Shown piece after piece: positions 60,118 through 64,000 of a stretch of DNA of 64,000 bases. A program made the translations under genes and the position numbers. Under the pieces are notes generated by a model. The model was given only the letters and a program-made list of their open reading frames with translations. It was not told the DNA's origin and did no database searches. The first letter of the stretch is position 1, and each line of letters opens with the position of its first letter. This stretch comes from Candidatus Multivorans sp. (GTDB taxonomy: Bacteria; Acidobacteriota; Thermoanaerobaculia; Multivoradales; Multivoraceae), in assembly GCA_965224025.1 (NCBI GenBank), contig OZ245033.1, positions 224,001 through 288,000 on the forward strand. Direction: 5' to 3'.

Positions 60118-62970
60118 CTACATCGACCACCGGATCCCGAACTGAGCCGAACGCTGCGGTCCGCGGCTCCGGATTCCTGGAAAGTCATCGATAGTAACAG
60201 TGCCGGGCTCGCCGATACGGCCGCTGTTGTTGTAGCTGCGCAGACCGTTCATCTCGATCGCGTTCGTCCGGTCGGTGGCGTTGAAGACGTCGAGAAAGAC
60301 GTGAAGGTCGTGCCGTTCTCTGACGGTGAACGTCTTGGCCAGACGCACATCAGCCGAGAAGTAGTCCGGCGCGTTCCTGCTGTTGAAGCCCTCGAAGAGA
60401 TCCTGCGGATAGGCGGCGAAGCCCCCAGGTGAGCGTATGAACTCTGAGTCCCGGACGGTGAAGGGAGTGCCGGACCGGTAGTCCAGGAAACCAGACAGTT
60501 GGAGGCCCCAGGGCAGGTTCCCCACCGCTGAGAGCTTGTAGCTGTGCTCCACCGCGGTGTTGAGCGGCCCATTGAAGAGCGCGGGCGGGTTGTCCAGACC
60601 CTCGTATTGAGCTGCCCGATTGAGGGTGGAGTTGCCCGAGATCAAGTCGAAGTACGAACTGCCGACGGCGTCCTGATTCGTGTAGCTCACATGCACCAGG
60701 GAGCCGTTGGCAAAGCGGCGCTTGAACTCGACATCGACATCGAGGACCTCGCTGTATCCCGTGTTGGTGTAGAAGAGGATTTGTCCCCTGGTGGGATCGG
60801 GACGCGCTCCGTCGTGCTCGAACGACACCCTGTTCTGGAAGTCCGTAAAGAAGAGGCCATCGCTGTCGGAGCCGAAGACGTGGATGCTCAACGTATTGCG
60901 CTCACCGAGCTGGCGCTCGTAGCCCACGTTCCACTTGACGATCTCGGGTAGGTGGAGGTTCGGGTCGACGATTAGCTCGCGAGGGGTCGAGCCCGGTCTC
61001 GTCGGGTCCATTTCGAGAGTCACGGGATCGATCGGCACGTTGAAGAGGAGCGGCGGCCGGCCAGCCCCCGTATGGCCGATCAGGTTCGTCCGATCGTGAT
61101 ACAGCCCGGCGCCGAAGCGGAGGACGGAACGGCCGTTCCTCCCGACATCGACGGCAGCGCCCAGCCGCGCCTCGACGGTCTGGTCGTCGACCAGGTTGTT
61201 CCGGTCGTAGCGCCCGCCGAGGTTGAACGTCCAGCGGTCGTTCACGAACCAGTCGTCCTGGATGAAGAGATGGCTGTTCGTGACCGAGACGTCGATGTCG
61301 GTCGCGAATTGGTACACCCCACTGGCCGGAGGGACGGAGAAGTCGTCGACAAACCCATAGCTCCAGTTGCGCCACGCCGGCTGCTCGGTTCGCTGACCGA
61401 AGCGCTCCACGCCGACGCCGGCGCGCAAGGAATGATCCCCACGGAGCCAGGACAGGCGTTCCTTCCACTGGAAGCTCTCGAGCGTGTTGTCGACTTCGGG
61501 GCCGATGGAGCCCTCGAGGTGAAAAACGAGGCCGCCATCCTCGTGGAAGTAAAGACGCAATCGCCGCAACGGATCCGAGGAGGTTTCCATGCTCCGGTCG
61601 GCCTGAATCTGCCCCAGCACCGATTCAAGCGTCATGTCCGATCCCACGGCGGCGACATGGCGCGCGGACAGGCCCAGGGAGTCGTTGGCATGATCCTGAT
61701 GCTCTATGTCTTGCTGGCGGGAGCGGAAGAGCGAGTGCCCGATGGCGGCCTGCTCGCTAACCCAGTTCCCCGACACCGTCAGGTCGTTCGAGTCCGAGAA
61801 CTGGTGGGTCAGCTTGCCGGTCAGGCGGTCGCGGTTGGTGACGTTGGCGGTCAGCCCCAACTCGACCGGCACGGAGCGCGTGAAGACGTGGCTCTGGTTG
61901 TAGTCGTAACCCATCTCATAGTCGTCGTGCTCGTAGCTGGTGAAGAAGTGGGTCGTGCCCCGGTTGACGGGGCCTCCCAGGGTCAGCGAGGCCTGCCTGA
62001 TTGTGAAGTCCTGGCCCTCCAACTGTTCCGCGTCGTCCGCCGTCGCCCCGGTGAACCCCGCTTCCACCACGCCGTCGTGCTGTTGCTGAACCGTCGCCGA
62101 GGCGTTGTACTGGTCGGCCCCGGAGCGGGTGATGATGTTGATCACACCTCCGGACGCGTTGCCGTACTCGGCCGAGAACATCGAGGTCGACACCTGGACC
62201 TCCTGGATGGCGTCCAGGTTGTAGGTCTGCAGCGCCGTTCCCGTCGAGAAGGTCGATCCCCTCTGGCCGCCGCCGGAAGAACTCCGGGGGCCAGCCCGGG
62301 TCTCGGACGTGGCCAGGTCGTCGTAGTTCAGGTCGCTCAGGTCGTTGTTGGCTACGCCGTCGATCAGGAACTGGTTCTGGTTCATGCGCGCCCCGTGAAC
62401 GCTGAAGCTGTTGTTGGGGGCGCTGTTCTCGAGCCCGCCGACCGCAAGCCCCCCGTGGACCCCCGGGAGGATCTTCAGCACGTCCAGGAAGCTCCGGTTC
62501 GGGAGCGGCAGGCTCTGGATCTCCTCGAAGGTGATGTACTTGTTCACCCGGGAATCGACCGACTCGATCTGCGGTCGCTCGGAGACGACGGTGATCTCCT
62601 CGCTCACTTCCTCGGCGGCCGCGAGTTCGAAGTTCACGCGCTGAATGCTGCCGACCCGCACCGCCAGCGACGCGGGGGCGCCGGCATAGCCGGTGGCCTC
62701 CACCGAAACCTGGTAGGTCGCGGGGCGCACGTTGGTCGCGTTGTAGAACCCGTCGGCGTCGGTGGTGACGACGAGCGGCTCCTCGATCTCCTGCGACTGC
62801 AGGATGACGGTCGCGCCGGAGACGGCAGCCCCCTCGCTGTCCGTCACGTGGCCGAGCACCTGGCCGGTGGGACCCTGGCCGGCGGCCGGCGCAGCTACCA
62901 GCAGCAGCACGGCCAGCATCATGGCCCAGCCCACCGCCTGCGCGTGTCGAGTTCTCGTCTCGTTGAACAT
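60118..62970 (-). CDS. TonB-dependent receptor with carboxypeptidase-regulatory-like N-domain
   Basis: Signal peptide, GHVTDSEGAAVSGATV, LPLPNRSF, FSAEYG..GGVINIITRSG, FIQDDW, terminal QFGIRWSM. Confidence 0.93.
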   Translation of the reverse strand: MFNETRTRHAQAVGWAMMLAVLLLVAAPAAGQGPTGQVLGHVTDSEGAAVSGATVILQSQEIEEPLVVTTDADGFYNATNVRPATYQVSVEATGYAGAPASLAVRVGSIQRVNFELAAAEEVSEEITVVSERPQIESVDSRVNKYITFEEIQSLPLPNRSFLDVLKILPGVHGGLAVGGLENSAPNNSFSVHGARMNQNQFLIDGVANNDLSDLNYDDLATSETRAGPRSSSGGGQRGSTFSTGTALQTYNLDAIQEVQVSTSMFSAEYGNASGGVINIITRSGADQYNASATVQQQHDGVVEAGFTGATADDAEQLEGQDFTIRQASLTLGGPVNRGTTHFFTSYEHDDYEMGYDYNQSHVFTRSVPVELGLTANVTNRDRLTGKLTHQFSDSNDLTVSGNWVSEQAAIGHSLFRSRQQDIEHQDHANDSLGLSARHVAAVGSDMTLESVLGQIQADRSMETSSDPLRRLRLYFHEDGGLVFHLEGSIGPEVDNTLESFQWKERLSWLRGDHSLRAGVGVERFGQRTEQPAWRNWSYGFVDDFSVPPASGVYQFATDIDVSVTNSHLFIQDDWFVNDRWTFNLGGRYDRNNLVDDQTVEARLGAAVDVGRNGRSVLRFGAGLYHDRTNLIGHTGAGRPPLLFNVPIDPVTLEMDPTRPGSTPRELIVDPNLHLPEIVKWNVGYERQLGERNTLSIHVFGSDSDGLFFTDFQNRVSFEHDGARPDPTRGQILFYTNTGYSEVLDVDVEFKRRFANGSLVHVSYTNQDAVGSSYFDLISGNSTLNRAAQYEGLDNPPALFNGPLNTAVEHSYKLSAVGNLPWGLQLSGFLDYRSGTPFTVRDSEFIRSPGGFAAYPQDLFEGFNSRNAPDYFSADVRLAKTFTVRERHDLHVFLDVFNATDRTNAIEMNGLRSYNNSGRIGEPGTVTIDDFPGIRSRGPQRSAQFGIRWSM

Positions 62971-63182
62971 GTCCTTCGCTCCCTTTCGGTTCCCGGCCTT
63001 CGCGATCTCGAAGCTGCCTGCACCGGAGGTCGTCCGACCCCCGGCCACCGGGCACACTTCAAACGGCTTGGACAGACTATGGGCAGGGCATACCCGATAG
63101 CTTGATCCAATCCCGAGCCGAAGTTGATCGGACTTGAAGCGATAAGCAACCAGAACGTGAGCCGGTCCGCTAGAATCCGTCG

Positions 63183-64000
63183 ATGATCTTCTACTTCGGC
63201 CCCTTCGTGCTGAAGCCGGAGCAGTACGGCCTTGAGGTCGCCGGAGAGCCCCGCCAGCTTCAGCCCAAGGTGTTCGAGCTGCTGACCTTCCTGGTCGCGA
63301 ACCGGGACCGGGTGGTGTCCAAGGAGGAGTTGCTCGGGAACATCTGGGACGGCGCCTACGTGACGGAGGCGGCGATCAGCCGGGCGGTCAGCGAGGCGCG
63401 CAAGGTCCTCGCCGACGGCGGCGGAAGCGCCGAGTGGATCACCACCGTGTACGGGCGCGGATTCCGCTTCACCGGCCCGGTGATCGAGGATCTGGCCGCG
63501 CCGGAAGGCGACCCTTCGGTCGCCGTGCCGCCGCCCGAAGAGGAACGGGGACTCTCGATCGCCGTCCTGCCGTTCGCCGACCGCAGCCCGCAGCGCGATC
63601 AGGCGCACCTCTGCGAAGGGATGGCCGAGGAGATCCTCCACCGGCTCGCGCACGTCGTCGGCCTGCGGGTCACGGCCCGCGGCGTGTCCTTCCAGTACGA
63701 CGCGCTGGCCGATCCCCGGGTAGTAGGGCGGCAGATCGGCGCCAACCTGGTGTTGGCGGGCACGGTCCGCAAGGACGGCGACGAACTCCGCATCGACGTC
63801 GAGGTGACGGACGCCCGCACCGGCATCCAGGTCTGGTCGGAGCAGTGGCAGCGGCATTCGCAGCAGATCTTCGCGCTGCAGGACGAGACCGCAACGCTGA
63901 TCGCCGAGACCCTGGAGCTGCGTCTGGCGCCGGACGCGGCGCGGCACGAGGCCCGGCGCACGGCGTCCAGCCAGGCCTACGACCTCTACCTGCGCGGCCG
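63183..64000 (+). CDS. CadC-like winged-helix regulator with TolB-like domain, runs off window end
   Basis: MIFYFGPF..LQPKVFELL..RVVSKEELL..ITTVYGRGFRF..SIAVLPFAD; TAGAAT 6 nt before the ATG. Confidence 0.88.
   Translation, partial: MIFYFGPFVLKPEQYGLEVAGEPRQLQPKVFELLTFLVANRDRVVSKEELLGNIWDGAYVTEAAISRAVSEARKVLADGGGSAEWITTVYGRGFRFTGPVIEDLAAPEGDPSVAVPPPEEERGLSIAVLPFADRSPQRDQAHLCEGMAEEILHRLAHVVGLRVTARGVSFQYDALADPRVVGRQIGANLVLAGTVRKDGDELRIDVEVTDARTGIQVWSEQWQRHSQQIFALQDETATLIAETLELRLAPDAARHEARRTASSQAYDLYLRG

Overview
A high-GC bacterial chromosomal window. The gene families (TonB-dependent receptors, DUF6152/PQQ/NHL cluster, sulfatases, AMIN protein) suggest Acidobacteriota, possibly host-associated; this is inference. 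Metabolic and housekeeping genes (hemB, tryptophanase-like, acyl-CoA dehydrogenase, CoA transferase, S9 peptidase, Na+/solute symporter) are mixed with at least five toxin-antitoxin loci, many gene remnants, two dispersed REP-like palindrome families and four IS elements (IS110, a truncated ISL3 and two cargo-carrying IS1595). Main observations: (1) In both IS1595 elements a DNA methyltransferase-nuclease fusion starts at an ATG overlapping the transposase stop codon. In one of them a (GCCAGCGC)7 tract just after that ATG puts the MTase-HNH out of frame, and 6 or 9 copies would restore it: a candidate transposon-borne, phase-variable methylation/restriction switch. (2) An exported lipoprotein has an in-frame UGA in a U-L-C motif followed by a SECIS-like hairpin, so it is a probable selenoprotein split into two ORFs by the ORF track. 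(3) The IS110 left end carries 8-nt copies of both element junctions, consistent with bridge-RNA target and donor guides and an AG core. No rRNA, tRNA or CRISPR array was seen.
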